Source of the DNA: an uncultured Solirubrobacteraceae bacterium
GTDB lineage: Bacteria; Actinomycetota; Thermoleophilia; Solirubrobacterales; Solirubrobacteraceae
Direction of reading: 5' to 3'
Length of the DNA stretch: 64,000 bases
Assembly (NCBI GenBank): GCA_964588985.1
Contig: CAZPQW010000018.1
Span: forward strand, 1 to 64,000
Part shown: piece after piece, positions 36,657 through 47,323 of the stretch
Layout of the letters: each line of letters opens with the position of its first letter
Numbering within the stretch: the first letter of the stretch is position 1
Translations under genes and position numbers: made by a program
The notes under the pieces: generated by a model
Told to the model about the DNA's origin: nothing
The model's database searches: none
Seen by the model: only the letters and a program-made list of their open reading frames with translations

Positions 36657-37082
36657 TCAGCATGTCGGCTGCCGGCGCCACGCCGCAAGCGCCATGCCGC
36701 AGAACCCGGTCGTCGTAGCCACGAACGACCCGACGGTGCACGCGATGTAGACGGGGTGCCGGTCGATGTCGGGCTTGATCGCGAGTGGCAGGAAGGCCAT
36801 CGCGTTCGTCCACGCGCCGATGCCCAGCGCGGTCGCGGCGACTTTGGGCGGGTCTGGCACGGCGAGCCCACACGCGATCGTGGCCGTCCCGAGCATCGCG
36901 AGATCCAGATGCCACTGGCGAACCCTCGGCGTGCTCTTCAGACCTATCCGCTCCGCCAGGTCGGGCCGCGTTCTCGCGAGCGTGTAAACCCATCCGGTCA
37001 ACGCGCCAGCCGCGAGCTCGGCAAGGCCGGACCTGACGAGCGGGGACGGAGTGCTTCCGCTCGTGCGGCTCAATGGCCACAT
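36657..37082 (-). CDS. Four-TM hypothetical membrane protein
   Basis: Hydrophobic segments, RQWHLDL; start uncertain. Confidence 0.6.
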   Translation of the reverse strand: MWPLSRTSGSTPSPLVRSGLAELAAGALTGWVYTLARTRPDLAERIGLKSTPRVRQWHLDLAMLGTATIACGLAVPDPPKVAATALGIGAWTNAMAFLPLAIKPDIDRHPVYIACTVGSFVATTTGFCGMALAAWRRQPTC

Positions 37083-37268
37083 CCAGACGCAGGAGTGATC
37101 GTCATCGCTGCACTCTAAGGCCTTGGGGTAGAGCCGGAGACTGGAAACCGAGCCGGGCATCGCTTCTCCCACAAGTGAGCAAGGGACAAGCGCATCGCTC
37201 GTGACAGATGTGACAGCTCTCACCTCCCCGTGAGGTCGCGCTTAGCTTGACGGTGCAACCTCGAGGTC

Positions 37269-38291
37269 ATGCTGTTCCAATCGAGACGCCGGAAGGCACG
37301 GTGGCCGATGCTCGCGACGGTCGTCGTAGCGGCCGCCGTTCCGGTCGCTGTCCTCACGGTCGACACCGACCACGACGGGGTCTCCCGCGCCTCGGCCGCC
37401 GCCGGCCCCGGCTGGCAGTCCGGCGCGACAGCCTGCGCCAGCGCCAGCGCCGCCATCTCCGCCGTCGACATGGCGGTCGCGCGCCACATCTACACCGACG
37501 AGCTCCACGGCAGTGAGACCAAGGCCGACATCGGCCGTATCGCCAGCTCCCAGGCGCTTCTCAGCGCGATGGCCGGTTCCAATCCGGCCGCTGTCCAGGC
37601 AGCCGTCCATGCGCTCGTCTACGCCCCCCACTGGCACATCGTCCGGCTACGAGTGCTGAAGGCGGGCAAGGTCCTCTCCGACATCGGCGGGCCCTACATC
37701 ATCGCGCCCGTCACCGGGACGCTCAGATGGCACGGCCGCACGGTCGGCAGCTACGTGATGTCGGTTCAGGACGACGTCGGCTTCGTCAAGCTCGTCAGCC
37801 GCTTCATCGGCACCCCGATCGACGTCTACCGCAACGGCTCATTCCTGATGGGAACGCTCAAGCCGGCCCCGAGCACGGTGAGCAATGGAGCGGTGGTGAC
37901 CGTCGCGGGGAGCACCTACCGCGCGAGCGTGATGCGAGCCGGGGCCTTTCCCAAAGGCTCTCTCCAGATCGCCCTCTTCACGAAGGAACCCACCGCTTCA
38001 AGCGGTAGCTGTGCGACGGTGCGCAGCGCCGCCTGGGGAAGCGTCGCGGCTCACATCGCCGCCCGCTTCAAACCACTCCCAAGCCACTACAAGGATCTGG
38101 TCAACGTCGTGCGCGCGACGACCAACGCCGCGACCTTCGTACGCGCCGGGTCGAAGCAGCTCGCGGGCGGTCCCGGCCCGGCGAGGCTCCCGCTCAGCGG
38201 CACCGTCACCTACCGCGGTCGGTCGTGGTCGGTGTTCTCCTTCGAGCCTGTTCCTCCAGCGCGGATCTACGTGCTGACCCACAAGGAATGA
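37269..38291 (+). CDS. Secreted/anchored hypothetical protein (possibly Cache-like sensor folds)
   Basis: Basic then hydrophobic N-terminus; GC3-rich codons; fold is a guess. Confidence 0.65.
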   Translation: MLFQSRRRKARWPMLATVVVAAAVPVAVLTVDTDHDGVSRASAAAGPGWQSGATACASASAAISAVDMAVARHIYTDELHGSETKADIGRIASSQALLSAMAGSNPAAVQAAVHALVYAPHWHIVRLRVLKAGKVLSDIGGPYIIAPVTGTLRWHGRTVGSYVMSVQDDVGFVKLVSRFIGTPIDVYRNGSFLMGTLKPAPSTVSNGAVVTVAGSTYRASVMRAGAFPKGSLQIALFTKEPTASSGSCATVRSAAWGSVAAHIAARFKPLPSHYKDLVNVVRATTNAATFVRAGSKQLAGGPGPARLPLSGTVTYRGRSWSVFSFEPVPPARIYVLTHKE

Positions 38292-38294
38292 AGC

Positions 38295-39092
38295 TCACAC
38301 CCGCAGCCAGGCATGGTCCGGATCGTCCTGGAAGCGCCACTCCCGGCGCGGGCCGGCCATCACGTTGAGGTAGTAGAGCTCGTAGCCCGGCATCGCCGCC
38401 ACCACGTGGTATCCGCGCGGCACCAGCACCACATCCCCGTCACCCACCGCAATCGTCTCGTCCAGGGTGCGATCGTCGGTGTAGACCCGCTGCAGCGCGA
38501 AGCCACGCTCGGGCCTGAACCGGTGGTAATAGGTCTCCTCCAAGAACGATTCGTGCGGCGGGTCGTCTCGCTCGTGCTTGTGGGGGGGAAAGCTCGACCA
38601 GTTCCCCGGTGGGGTGAGCACCTCCACCACGAGCAGCGACTCCGCGGCGCGGTCGTCCATCAGGACCGGGTGGACCGCCCGGAAGGTGTTCCCCTCTCCC
38701 CTCCCCTGCACCTCCACGTCCGTGATGAGGATCGGATGCAGGCCGGAGTCGGGAGTTCCGGGCGCCCAGCACAGCGCCACCTCTGATGCGTCGCTCACCG
38801 CCTCCACCGTGAGGCTGCAGCCTGCGGGCACATACGCGGCGCTCGGCGGTCCGTCGAAGACGCTCTCCCGGCCGCCGATCTCAACGGCCCCCGTGCCCAG
38901 ATCCACCGCCACGTGGCCGCTGAGCACCACCACGCAGAGCTCGCGCCGCTCCTCCCCCCACTCGCGCCGCTCGCCGCGCATGAGGCGCACCACGGAGAAC
39001 CCGATGTAGCGCCAGCCGGCGGACGCCGGAGTGACGTCCACCAGCGTCCCGTCCTCTCCGGCCGCGCCCGCACGAATCAGCAGGTCACTCAT
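38295..39092 (-). CDS. iolB: 5-deoxy-glucuronate isomerase
   Basis: GNWSSFPPHKH, LEETYY, VPRGYH, YYLNVMAG. Confidence 0.93.
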   Translation of the reverse strand: MSDLLIRAGAAGEDGTLVDVTPASAGWRYIGFSVVRLMRGERREWGEERRELCVVVLSGHVAVDLGTGAVEIGGRESVFDGPPSAAYVPAGCSLTVEAVSDASEVALCWAPGTPDSGLHPILITDVEVQGRGEGNTFRAVHPVLMDDRAAESLLVVEVLTPPGNWSSFPPHKHERDDPPHESFLEETYYHRFRPERGFALQRVYTDDRTLDETIAVGDGDVVLVPRGYHVVAAMPGYELYYLNVMAGPRREWRFQDDPDHAWLRV

Positions 39093-40983
39093 CGGAGCCT
39101 CCAGGCCGCAGGTGTGTCCGCTGACGCTCGCGCTCCTCGAGGTAGAGCGCTCGCGCCTCACGCACCTCGGGGCGGTCGGAGACCTCCGCCACCGGAACCT
39201 CCCACCACGACTCATACGAGGGCGTCTCCACACGGCGGTCGGCGGTGACGTGCACCACAACCACGCCCCCTGCCTCGCGAGCCCGCGATAGCGCCCCCGG
39301 AAGATCGTCGATGCCCTCCGCGCGGATCACCTCCGCGCCCAGGCTCTGCGCGTTCGCCGCCAGGTCGATCGGCAGGTCGAGCCGCTCGTCCTCGAGGTCG
39401 CTGTCGAGCGACACGCCGTCCGCGACGCTGCGGCGATAGCGCGTGCCGAAGCCATCCGTGCCGAGCGAGCGCGACAGCGCCCCGATCGACGCGAAGCCGC
39501 GGTTGTCGATCAGCACCACGATCAGCTTCACGCCCTCCTGCACCGCGGTCGCGATCTCCGAGCTGAGCATCAGATACGACCCGTCGCCCACGATCGCGAA
39601 CACTTCCCTCTGCGGCGCGGCGAGCTTCACCCCGAGCGCACCCGCGATCTCATAGCCCATCGTCGAGTACCCGTACTCCACGTGGTAGGAGCCGGGGCGG
39701 CGTGCCCGCCACAGCTTGTGCAGGTCGCCCGGAGCCGAGCCCGCCGCGGCCACCACCACGTCCTGCGCCTCCGCCGCCGCCTCCACCGCGCCGATCACCT
39801 CGGCCTGGGCGGGCAGCGGAGTGTGGCGCTGACCGTAGAGGCGCAGCACCTCCTCGTCCCACGCCGCTCTCAGCACCGCCACCTCGGCGGCGTAGGCGGA
39901 CTCGACGGCGTGGCCTTCGAGCGCGACCGTCAACGCTTCGATCGCCGCGCGCGCATCGGCGTCGAGCTGCAGCCCGGAGTGCTTCGCGAGGTCGATGCTC
40001 GCCACATTCACGTTCACGAAGCGCACGTCCGGCGAGGCGAACGCGGTCTTCGACGCGGTCGTGAAGTCGCTCCAGCGCGTGCCGACCCCGATCACCAGAT
40101 CGGCCGTCGCGGCCAGGCGGTTCGCCGCGAGGGTCCCGGTCGCGCCGATCCCGCCGAGCGCGCCCGGCTCCTGCCACGGCAGCGATCCCTTGCCTGCCTG
40201 GGTCTCCGCCACGGGGATCCCCGTCTGGGCGCTCAGCCGCGCCAGCGCCTCGCTAGCCTCCGAGTAGATCACGCCACCGCCCGCGACGATCAGCGGCCTG
40301 CGCGCCACGCGAATCAACGACACCGCCTCTGCCAGCGCGCCCGCCTCGGGCGGACGGCGGCGGATCACCCAAGTGCGGGGCGCGAACAGCTCCTCGGGGA
40401 ACTCGTGCGCTTCCACCTGCACGTCCTGCGGCAGGCACAGCGTCACCGCCCCCGTCTCGGCGGGGTCGCTCAGCACGCGCATCGCCTCCAGCGCCGCCGA
40501 CGCGAGCTGCTCGGGGCGCTGGATCCGGTCGAAGTAGCGCGACACCGGGCGCAGGCAGTCGTTCACCGTCACGTCGCCCGCCCACGACTGCTCGAGCTGC
40601 TGCAGCACCGGGTGAGGGCCGCGCGTCGCAAACACGTCGCCCGGCAGCAGCAGCACAGGCAGGCGGTTGATCGTCGCCGCCGCCGCGCCCGTCACGAGGT
40701 TCGTCGCTCCCGGCCCGATCGACGTCGTGCACGCCATCGTCGACAGCCGCAGCCGCTCGCGCGCGAAGCCCGCCGCGGTGTGGACCATCGCCTGCTCGTT
40801 GCGCGCCAGGTAGTAGGGCATCTGCTCGCGCTGCGCGAGCAGCGCCTCGCCCACCCCCGCGACGTTGCCGTGACCGAAGATGCCGAGGCAGCCCTCGAAG
40901 AAGCGCCCGCGCCGACCGTCGCGCTCTACGTACTGCACTGAGAGAAAGCGGATGAGCGCCTGCGCGACCGTGACGTTAGGCAT
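39085..40983 (-). CDS. iolD: THcHDO hydrolase (ThDP-dependent)
   Basis: TVAQAL, GIFGHGNVAG, RNEQAM, YHVEYGYSTMGYE, GDGSYLM. Confidence 0.94.
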   Translation of the reverse strand: MPNVTVAQALIRFLSVQYVERDGRRGRFFEGCLGIFGHGNVAGVGEALLAQREQMPYYLARNEQAMVHTAAGFARERLRLSTMACTTSIGPGATNLVTGAAAATINRLPVLLLPGDVFATRGPHPVLQQLEQSWAGDVTVNDCLRPVSRYFDRIQRPEQLASAALEAMRVLSDPAETGAVTLCLPQDVQVEAHEFPEELFAPRTWVIRRRPPEAGALAEAVSLIRVARRPLIVAGGGVIYSEASEALARLSAQTGIPVAETQAGKGSLPWQEPGALGGIGATGTLAANRLAATADLVIGVGTRWSDFTTASKTAFASPDVRFVNVNVASIDLAKHSGLQLDADARAAIEALTVALEGHAVESAYAAEVAVLRAAWDEEVLRLYGQRHTPLPAQAEVIGAVEAAAEAQDVVVAAAGSAPGDLHKLWRARRPGSYHVEYGYSTMGYEIAGALGVKLAAPQREVFAIVGDGSYLMLSSEIATAVQEGVKLIVVLIDNRGFASIGALSRSLGTDGFGTRYRRSVADGVSLDSDLEDERLDLPIDLAANAQSLGAEVIRAEGIDDLPGALSRAREAGGVVVVHVTADRRVETPSYESWWEVPVAEVSDRPEVREARALYLEERERQRTHLRPGGSDE

Positions 40984-41941
40984 TCGCGCCCCCCAGAAGC
41001 GTGTCGAGCTCCTCCTGCGTGGGCATCTCCGGCGCGCACGCCAGCCGCGACGCCACGAGCGCACCCGCCGCGTTCGCCGCTCGCAGGGTGCGCTCGAGAC
41101 CCCAGCCGTGGATCGTGCCGGCGCACAGCGCTCCGCCGAACGCGTCGCCCGCGCCGAGGCCGTTGACCACGTCGAGCGTGAACGGCTCCAGCTCAACCTC
41201 CTCGCCGTCGCGACTCAGCGCGTAAACGCCCTCCGGGCCACGCTTGACGATCGCAACCTCCACCCCCGCGTCCAGCAGCGCGCGCGCCGCCGCCCGCGGC
41301 TCGCGCTCGCCGGTCGCCATGTGCGTCTCCTCGCGGTTGCCCACCGCGACCGTCGCGTGCGCGAGCGCTTCGCGGGTGTGGATTCCCGCCTGCTCCTCGG
41401 AGTCCCAGAAGGAAGGTCGGTAGTCGAGGTCGTGGATCGTCACCCGGCCGTCGGCCGGGGAGCCAGAGCGGGCGGCGAGCGCGCCCAGCACCGCGCTTCG
41501 ACTCGGCTCCTCCGATAGGCCCGTCCCGGTCGTCCAGAACACGCGCGCCGCCGCGATCGCGTCGAGGTCGAGCTCCTCGAGCGATATCTGCATGTCGGGC
41601 GCGCTCGGCTCGCGGTAGAAGAGGATCGGGAAGTCGTCGGGCGGGAACAGCTCGCAGAACACCAGCGGCGTGCGCAGGCGCTCATCGACGCCCACCCAGC
41701 GGTCGTCGACCCCGTAGCGGCGCAGCTCCTCGCGCAGGTAGCCGCCGAACGCGTCGTCCCCCACCTTGGTGATCACCGCCGCGCTGACGCCCAGCCGCGC
41801 CGCGGCGACCGCCACGTTCGTCGCGCTCCCGCCGAGACTCTTCGCGAACGTCCGCACCTCCGCGAGCGAGCAGCCGCTCTGCAGCGGGTACAGGTCGACC
41901 CCGATGCGGCCGGTTGCGATCAGGTCGAACGGCTCGCTCAC
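40976..41941 (-). CDS. iolC: 5-dehydro-2-deoxygluconokinase
   Basis: GRIGVDLYP, GGSATNVA, DLDYRP, NGLGAGDAFG. Confidence 0.92.
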   Translation of the reverse strand: MSEPFDLIATGRIGVDLYPLQSGCSLAEVRTFAKSLGGSATNVAVAAARLGVSAAVITKVGDDAFGGYLREELRRYGVDDRWVGVDERLRTPLVFCELFPPDDFPILFYREPSAPDMQISLEELDLDAIAAARVFWTTGTGLSEEPSRSAVLGALAARSGSPADGRVTIHDLDYRPSFWDSEEQAGIHTREALAHATVAVGNREETHMATGEREPRAAARALLDAGVEVAIVKRGPEGVYALSRDGEEVELEPFTLDVVNGLGAGDAFGGALCAGTIHGWGLERTLRAANAAGALVASRLACAPEMPTQEELDTLLGGANA

Positions 41942-42849
41942 AGACCGTGCTCCCGCAGGTACGCGCGGTTGAGCGCCTGGTCGACGAAGCAGTGCTGGTC
42001 GTCGAGCGGGTCGGGGAAGATGTCCTGCTCGACCACCAGCCAACCCGAGTAGCCGATCTCGTCGATCGTCGCCAACACCCCCTCGAGGTCGATGTCGCCC
42101 TCGCCGAGCACGCAGAACGCGCGGCGCTCCCAGATCTCCTGGAACGGGGCGCGCTCGCGCACGATCCCCTCCACCACCTCTCTGCGCGCGTCCTTCACGT
42201 GCAGGTGGTTGATCCGCCCCGCCCAGTCGCGCAGCGCCGTCACCGGGTCGCCGCCGCCGATCAGCAGATGTCCCGTATCGAGGCAGATCCCCACGTCGCT
42301 CAGCTCCATCACGCGCTCGATCTCCCACACCGCCTCCACATACGTCGCGGTGTGGTGGTGGAACGTCGGCTCGTAGCCGCGCTCGCGGCAGCGGTCAACG
42401 ACCCGTGCGAGGCCGTCCGCGAAGCGCTTCCAGCCCGACTCGCCGAGCCCGAGCGTCCTGTCGGTGGCGGCGCCGCCGGGGTTCTCGAAGCGCACCTCGG
42501 CGCCCGCGTCGGCGAGCGTCGGGCGCGGCGGCGGACCGTCGCCGCCCGCTGTCAGGTCGAACACGTCGAGAAGCTCATCGACGCGCCCCATCTCCTGCGC
42601 GAGCGCCGCCGGGTCGGTGAACGGCAGCCCCAGATAGCCCCCCGCGAGCGACAGCTCGCGCTCGCTCAACCGCTTGGCTAGCTCCTCACCGATGCCGAGG
42701 TAGCCCACCGGCCCGAGGTCGATGCCCGCGTAGCCTGCCTCGGAGACGCCGTCGAGCAGCGTCACCGGGTCGGGCACGTTCGGGTAGACGCCGATCGTGA
42801 TCTCGAACGCGCCGTAGCTGCAGGGTGCGTTTGCGATGACGACGCTCAT
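41938..42849 (-). CDS. iolE: Inosose dehydratase-like TIM-barrel enzyme
   Basis: NAPCSYG, FHHH, LDTGH, HVKD, WLVVEQD; iol context. Confidence 0.78.
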   Translation of the reverse strand: MSVVIANAPCSYGAFEITIGVYPNVPDPVTLLDGVSEAGYAGIDLGPVGYLGIGEELAKRLSERELSLAGGYLGLPFTDPAALAQEMGRVDELLDVFDLTAGGDGPPPRPTLADAGAEVRFENPGGAATDRTLGLGESGWKRFADGLARVVDRCRERGYEPTFHHHTATYVEAVWEIERVMELSDVGICLDTGHLLIGGGDPVTALRDWAGRINHLHVKDARREVVEGIVRERAPFQEIWERRAFCVLGEGDIDLEGVLATIDEIGYSGWLVVEQDIFPDPLDDQHCFVDQALNRAYLREHGL

Positions 42850-43769
42850 GCTCCCACCGCCGAGCCGTTGCGCGCCTGCTCGAAGATCTCCACGAAGGAC
42901 CCGTACGCGTCCGCGATCTGCTCCGCCGCGGCCTCGCGGTCGATCTCCCCCGCGCTGTGGCGTCGCAGCGCGGGCCACCAGATCGAGCGGCCGATCGCGA
43001 AGCCCGCGAAGCCCTCCACGCCGGCCACGGTACGTAGCCACTCATCCACCCGCTCGGCGGGCGCGCCGCTGCCGAGCACCACGCAGACCACCTCCTCGCG
43101 CCCATCGCGCCGTGCCGCCTCCACGATCGCCTCAGCCGCGTCGCGGTCGCGCATCCCCTCGACCTTCCAGATCCCGGGCTCGACGCCCGCCTGCCGCAGC
43201 TCGCCGATCGCGACACGGATCAGCTCGGGCCGCAGCTGCTCCTCGAAGCGCTCGACATCGCCCTCGACGCTTGCGAGCTGCGCGGGCGTCGGCTCGACGA
43301 TCAGCTCGAGCAGGAAGCTGCGCTCGTGGGCGGACAGCCAGTCCGACAGCACGCGCAGGCGCTCCCCCTGGACCGCGTTGCCGTCGCGGTCGCCCTCGGC
43401 GTTGTAGCGCACGAGGACCTTCGTGATGTCGGGGTCCGCCGCGAGGATCTCCTCGCCGAACCTGTCGCCGTGGTTGAACTCGAAGATCTCGCGATCCGAC
43501 CGCTCCGCGGGCATCGCCACGAGGATGCCGAGCTCGCGCGCCGGCGCCACGAGCTCCGCGCCGAACTCGTCGTCGACGAGGATCCCGAGTCCCTCGGGGG
43601 TGCTCGCCGCGGCGAGCCGCACGCCCTCGAGGATCAGGCGCTTGGCGTCCTGGATCGTCTCCCGCTGCTCGTCGCTCAGCGCGCCGTCGGCGCCGACGAG
43701 CTCGCGTCGGAAGAAGCCGCGATGGTCGAACGCGAGGAAATACAGCTTGTCGTTGCTTGTGGAAGGCAC
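42846..43769 (-). CDS. DUF2090-type aldolase (2-deoxy-5-keto-gluconate-6-P aldolase-like)
   Basis: LAFDHR, KVLVRYN, WKVEG, GFAIGRSIW. Confidence 0.82.
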   Translation of the reverse strand: MPSTSNDKLYFLAFDHRGFFRRELVGADGALSDEQRETIQDAKRLILEGVRLAAASTPEGLGILVDDEFGAELVAPARELGILVAMPAERSDREIFEFNHGDRFGEEILAADPDITKVLVRYNAEGDRDGNAVQGERLRVLSDWLSAHERSFLLELIVEPTPAQLASVEGDVERFEEQLRPELIRVAIGELRQAGVEPGIWKVEGMRDRDAAEAIVEAARRDGREEVVCVVLGSGAPAERVDEWLRTVAGVEGFAGFAIGRSIWWPALRRHSAGEIDREAAAEQIADAYGSFVEIFEQARNGSAVGA

Positions 43770-43799
43770 GGGGTTCGTTTCCTGTCTGTCGTAGGAGGT

Positions 43800-45284
43800 T
43801 CAGCTGTCGACGAAATAGCCGGCGCTGGTGGCGCCGTCGGAGAAGAAGCGGCTGGTGATCGTCTTCTTGCGCGTGAAGAAGTCGACCCCGTCGGTGCCGT
43901 GCGCGTGCAGGTCGCCGAGGAAGGAGTCCTTCCAGCCCGAGAACGGGAAGAACGCGACCGGCGCCGCGACGCCGATGTTCACGCCCACCATCCCCGCCTC
44001 GACGCTGTGGCGCACGCGGCGCACGGCCGCGCCGGACTCGGTGAAGATCGACATGCCGTTGCCGAACGCGCTCGCGTTCACCACCGCGATCGCCTCGTCG
44101 AGCGTCTCCACGTGGATCACGCTCAGCACCGGGCCGAAGATCTCCTCGCGTGCGATCCGCATCCGCGGCGTCACGCCGTCGAGGATCGTCGGGCCGACCA
44201 GGCACCCGCCCACGCCGGTCGCGTCGCGCCCGTCGAGCAGCAGGCCGGCGCCTTCGCTCACGCCCTGCTCGATCCAGCCGGCGACCCGCTCGCGCGCGGC
44301 GGGCGAGACGAGCGGGCCGACGTCGGTCGTCTCGAGCATCGCGTCGCCGACCGTCAGCTCCCGGCTCGCCTGCTCCAGGGCTCCCATGAGCCGCTCGCGC
44401 GCCGCGCCGACCGTCACGAGCACCGAGCCGGCCATGCAGCGCTGCCCGGCGGCGCCGAACGCCGACGCGACGATCCCCGCGACGGTTCGGTCGACGACCG
44501 CGTCGGGCATCACGATCATGTGGTTCTTCGCGCCGCCGAGCGCCTGCACGCGCTTGCCGGTGGCCGCCGCCCGCGAGTACACGAGCTTCGCGACCGGCGC
44601 CGAGCCGACGAACGAGATCGCGTCGATGCCGGGGTGCTCGAGCATCCCCTCCACGACCTCCCGCCCGCCGTTGACGAGGTTCACCACGCCGTCGGGCAGG
44701 CCGAGCTCGTCGAGCGCCTGAAACGCGATCTGCTGGGTCAGAGGAACCTGCTCGGAGGGCTTGAGGATGAACGTGTTGCCGCACGCGATCGCGAACGGCA
44801 GGAACCAGAACGGCACCATCGCGGGGAAGTTGAACGGCGCGATCGCCGCGCACACCCCGACCGGCTGGCGCACGGTTTCGCAGTCCACGCCCCGCGCGAC
44901 GTCCTCCAGCACGCGGCCCTGCATCGTGGTGGGCACCGCACACGCGCACTCCACCATCTCGATCATCCGCGCCACCTCCGCGCGTGCGTCGCCGATCGTC
45001 TTGCCGAGCTCCGCGGTGACCGCCCGCGCGAGATCCTCACGGCGCGCGTCCAGCAGCCCGCGCAGCTCGAACAGCCGCCTTGCGCGCTCGATCACGCTCA
45101 CCTCGCGCCACGCCGGGAGCGCCGCGCGCGCGGCCGCGACCGCCGCGTCGAGATCCCCGCCGGTGGACATCGGCACACGCGCGAGCAGCTCGCCACTGGA
45201 GGGGTTCGTCACGTCGAGCCATTCCTCCGCGCTCGCCGCGGTCCAGCTCCCGCCTACGTAGTTCTGCAGCATCTCCGCGCTCAT
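43800..45284 (-). CDS. iolA: CoA-acylating methylmalonate/malonate semialdehyde dehydrogenase
   Basis: PFNFPAM, KPSEQVP, GGAKNH, GQRCMA, EEIFGPV. Confidence 0.92.
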   Translation of the reverse strand: MSAEMLQNYVGGSWTAASAEEWLDVTNPSSGELLARVPMSTGGDLDAAVAAARAALPAWREVSVIERARRLFELRGLLDARREDLARAVTAELGKTIGDARAEVARMIEMVECACAVPTTMQGRVLEDVARGVDCETVRQPVGVCAAIAPFNFPAMVPFWFLPFAIACGNTFILKPSEQVPLTQQIAFQALDELGLPDGVVNLVNGGREVVEGMLEHPGIDAISFVGSAPVAKLVYSRAAATGKRVQALGGAKNHMIVMPDAVVDRTVAGIVASAFGAAGQRCMAGSVLVTVGAARERLMGALEQASRELTVGDAMLETTDVGPLVSPAARERVAGWIEQGVSEGAGLLLDGRDATGVGGCLVGPTILDGVTPRMRIAREEIFGPVLSVIHVETLDEAIAVVNASAFGNGMSIFTESGAAVRRVRHSVEAGMVGVNIGVAAPVAFFPFSGWKDSFLGDLHAHGTDGVDFFTRKKTITSRFFSDGATSAGYFVDS

Positions 45285-46438
45285 CGCGATGCTCCGCCGA
45301 CAGGCTCGAGCGCCCAGTCGGGAAGTCGGCTGGGCTGCTCGACGGGTTCGCCGCTCATGTGCGAGCGGATGATCGAGTGACACAGCGCCACGTCGCTCAG
45401 CCCGTCGATCACGTTCGTGCGCGGATCGCGGCCGTGTTCGATCGCGTCGGCGAGCTCGATCAACTCGCGCTTGAAGGCCTCCTGGTAGGAGAGGACCTCG
45501 ACCGTGCGCGTGGAGTGCGTGGTGCCCGTCTCACCCGCCTCGGTCACGAGCTGGCTCGGCATGTCGCGCAGGTACGGTGAGGGCAGTTCGAGCGTCAGCC
45601 GGCGCTCGAGCCCGAAGAACGCGAGCTTCTGGCTGTAGCGCGCCATGCCCGGCAGGTTGACCCACGAGAGGTGGCACTCAGTCGAGCCGAAGCGCATCTC
45701 GATGTGTGTCACCTCGCGCCCCACGTTCGCGTGGCGGACCACGTCGGGCTCGCCGAGCGCGCCGCGCAGCATGTTTAGCTCGTGGATGAGGTTGCACAGC
45801 AGCATGTAGCGGTAGCAGTGCAGCGTCTCCGGGTCCGCGTCGGGGAGCGCGCGGTGCAGCCGCGCGGCGTGCTCGGCGCGCAGCTGCGCCAGGCGCTCGG
45901 CCGGGGCGCCCTCGATCGGGAGCAGGCCGTAGTGCTGCACGTAGGGCTCGAACGGCGACTCCAGCGTGGTGCTCTGCACGAGCGGCACCGACACGCCGGG
46001 GAGCAGCTCGAGCAGCCGTTCGTAGGCCGGGTCGTAGCGCTTGTGGGTGCCGATCATGAAAGCAACGCCCGCGCCGCGCACCGCCTCGAACACCTCGCGG
46101 CCCTCCTCCAGGCCGAAGCACATCGGCTTCTCCACGAACACATGGCAGCCGGCAGCGATCGCCGCGAGCGCGAGCGGCGCGTGACTGTCGGGGGTCAGGT
46201 CGAGCACCACGTCCAGGCCCGCCTGGGCGAGCATCTGCTCGTAGTCGGTGAACGCCACGCCGGCTCCATATCTCTGTGCACAGCCCGCCGCGAGCGACTC
46301 GCTGATGTCGCACACCGCCGCCAGCTCGTAGCGGTCCGACAGCGCGACGAGGTGAGGCAGGTGCATGACCTGCGCGATCACGCCGCAGCCGACCACACCA
46401 ACACGCAGACGCCTGTGCGTCGCTTCTCGAGCATCCAT
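45281..46438 (-). CDS. Gfo/Idh/MocA family oxidoreductase
   Basis: VGCGVIA, HVFVEKP, RYDPAY. Confidence 0.88.
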   Translation of the reverse strand: MDAREATHRRLRVGVVGCGVIAQVMHLPHLVALSDRYELAAVCDISESLAAGCAQRYGAGVAFTDYEQMLAQAGLDVVLDLTPDSHAPLALAAIAAGCHVFVEKPMCFGLEEGREVFEAVRGAGVAFMIGTHKRYDPAYERLLELLPGVSVPLVQSTTLESPFEPYVQHYGLLPIEGAPAERLAQLRAEHAARLHRALPDADPETLHCYRYMLLCNLIHELNMLRGALGEPDVVRHANVGREVTHIEMRFGSTECHLSWVNLPGMARYSQKLAFFGLERRLTLELPSPYLRDMPSQLVTEAGETGTTHSTRTVEVLSYQEAFKRELIELADAIEHGRDPRTNVIDGLSDVALCHSIIRSHMSGEPVEQPSRLPDWALEPVGGASR

Positions 46439-46441
46439 TCG

Positions 46442-47323
46442 TTATCTCCTTGCGGTTGCGGGCGCGATCGCGGTCCGTGGGCGCCGACCAAAGGCGCTCG
46501 TGTTGCGGACACGTCGGATCAGGATCGGCAGGGCGAGCCCGAGCGCTCCGAGAGTCAGCGACGCCGCGATCAGGATCGTGGCGACGGCGTTGACTTCCGG
46601 AGTGATGCCGAACTTGACCTGCGTGTAGATGTAGATCGGCAGCGTGTTGCCGCCGCCGATCAGGAACAGCGTGATGACGAACTCGTCGAGTGAAAGAGTG
46701 AACGCGAACAGCGCGCCGGCCACTATCGCCGGCGCGAGCAGCGGCAGCACGATGCGGCGCAGCACCTGCCAGGAGCTCGCGCCGAGGTCGGCCGCGGCGC
46801 GCTCGAGCGAACGGTCGAAGCCCTCGAGGCGCGAGGCCACGACGAGGATCACGAACGGCGTCACGTACACGCTCTGCCCGATCACCGCCGTCTGCGAGGA
46901 GAGCATCACGTGCAGCACGCTCGTGAAGAACGTCAGAAGCGACACTCCGATCAGCAGTCCCGGGATCAGGATCGGCAGGATCAGTGCGACGCGCAGCCCG
47001 CTGCGGAACGGTATGTGGGAGCGGACCAGCGGGAACGCCGCGCAGGTGCCGACGATCGTGGCGATCGCGGTCACCTCGAGTGCGATTTTGAGCGTTTCCT
47101 CGACCGCTTCCTTGATCTGTTCGTTGTTGAAAGCGTCGGTGTACCAGTGCGTCGTCCAGCCCGTGATCGGGAGCGTGCCGTATTTGTTGGCGTTGAAGCT
47201 GAACAGCACGAGCAGGACGATCGGCGCGAACAGGAAGAAGTAGACGAGCGTCGCCCACGAGGCCAGGCCGGCCCGGATCAGGCGCTTGCGCGGCGCGACG
47301 ATGTCGGCGCCCTCAAGTGCCAT
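46442..47323 (-). CDS. ABC transporter permease, PotC-like
   Basis: LERAAADLGAS EAA loop, FTLSLDEF, TLPIYIY..GITPEVNA. Confidence 0.9.
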   Translation of the reverse strand: MALEGADIVAPRKRLIRAGLASWATLVYFFLFAPIVLLVLFSFNANKYGTLPITGWTTHWYTDAFNNEQIKEAVEETLKIALEVTAIATIVGTCAAFPLVRSHIPFRSGLRVALILPILIPGLLIGVSLLTFFTSVLHVMLSSQTAVIGQSVYVTPFVILVVASRLEGFDRSLERAAADLGASSWQVLRRIVLPLLAPAIVAGALFAFTLSLDEFVITLFLIGGGNTLPIYIYTQVKFGITPEVNAVATILIAASLTLGALGLALPILIRRVRNTSAFGRRPRTAIAPATARR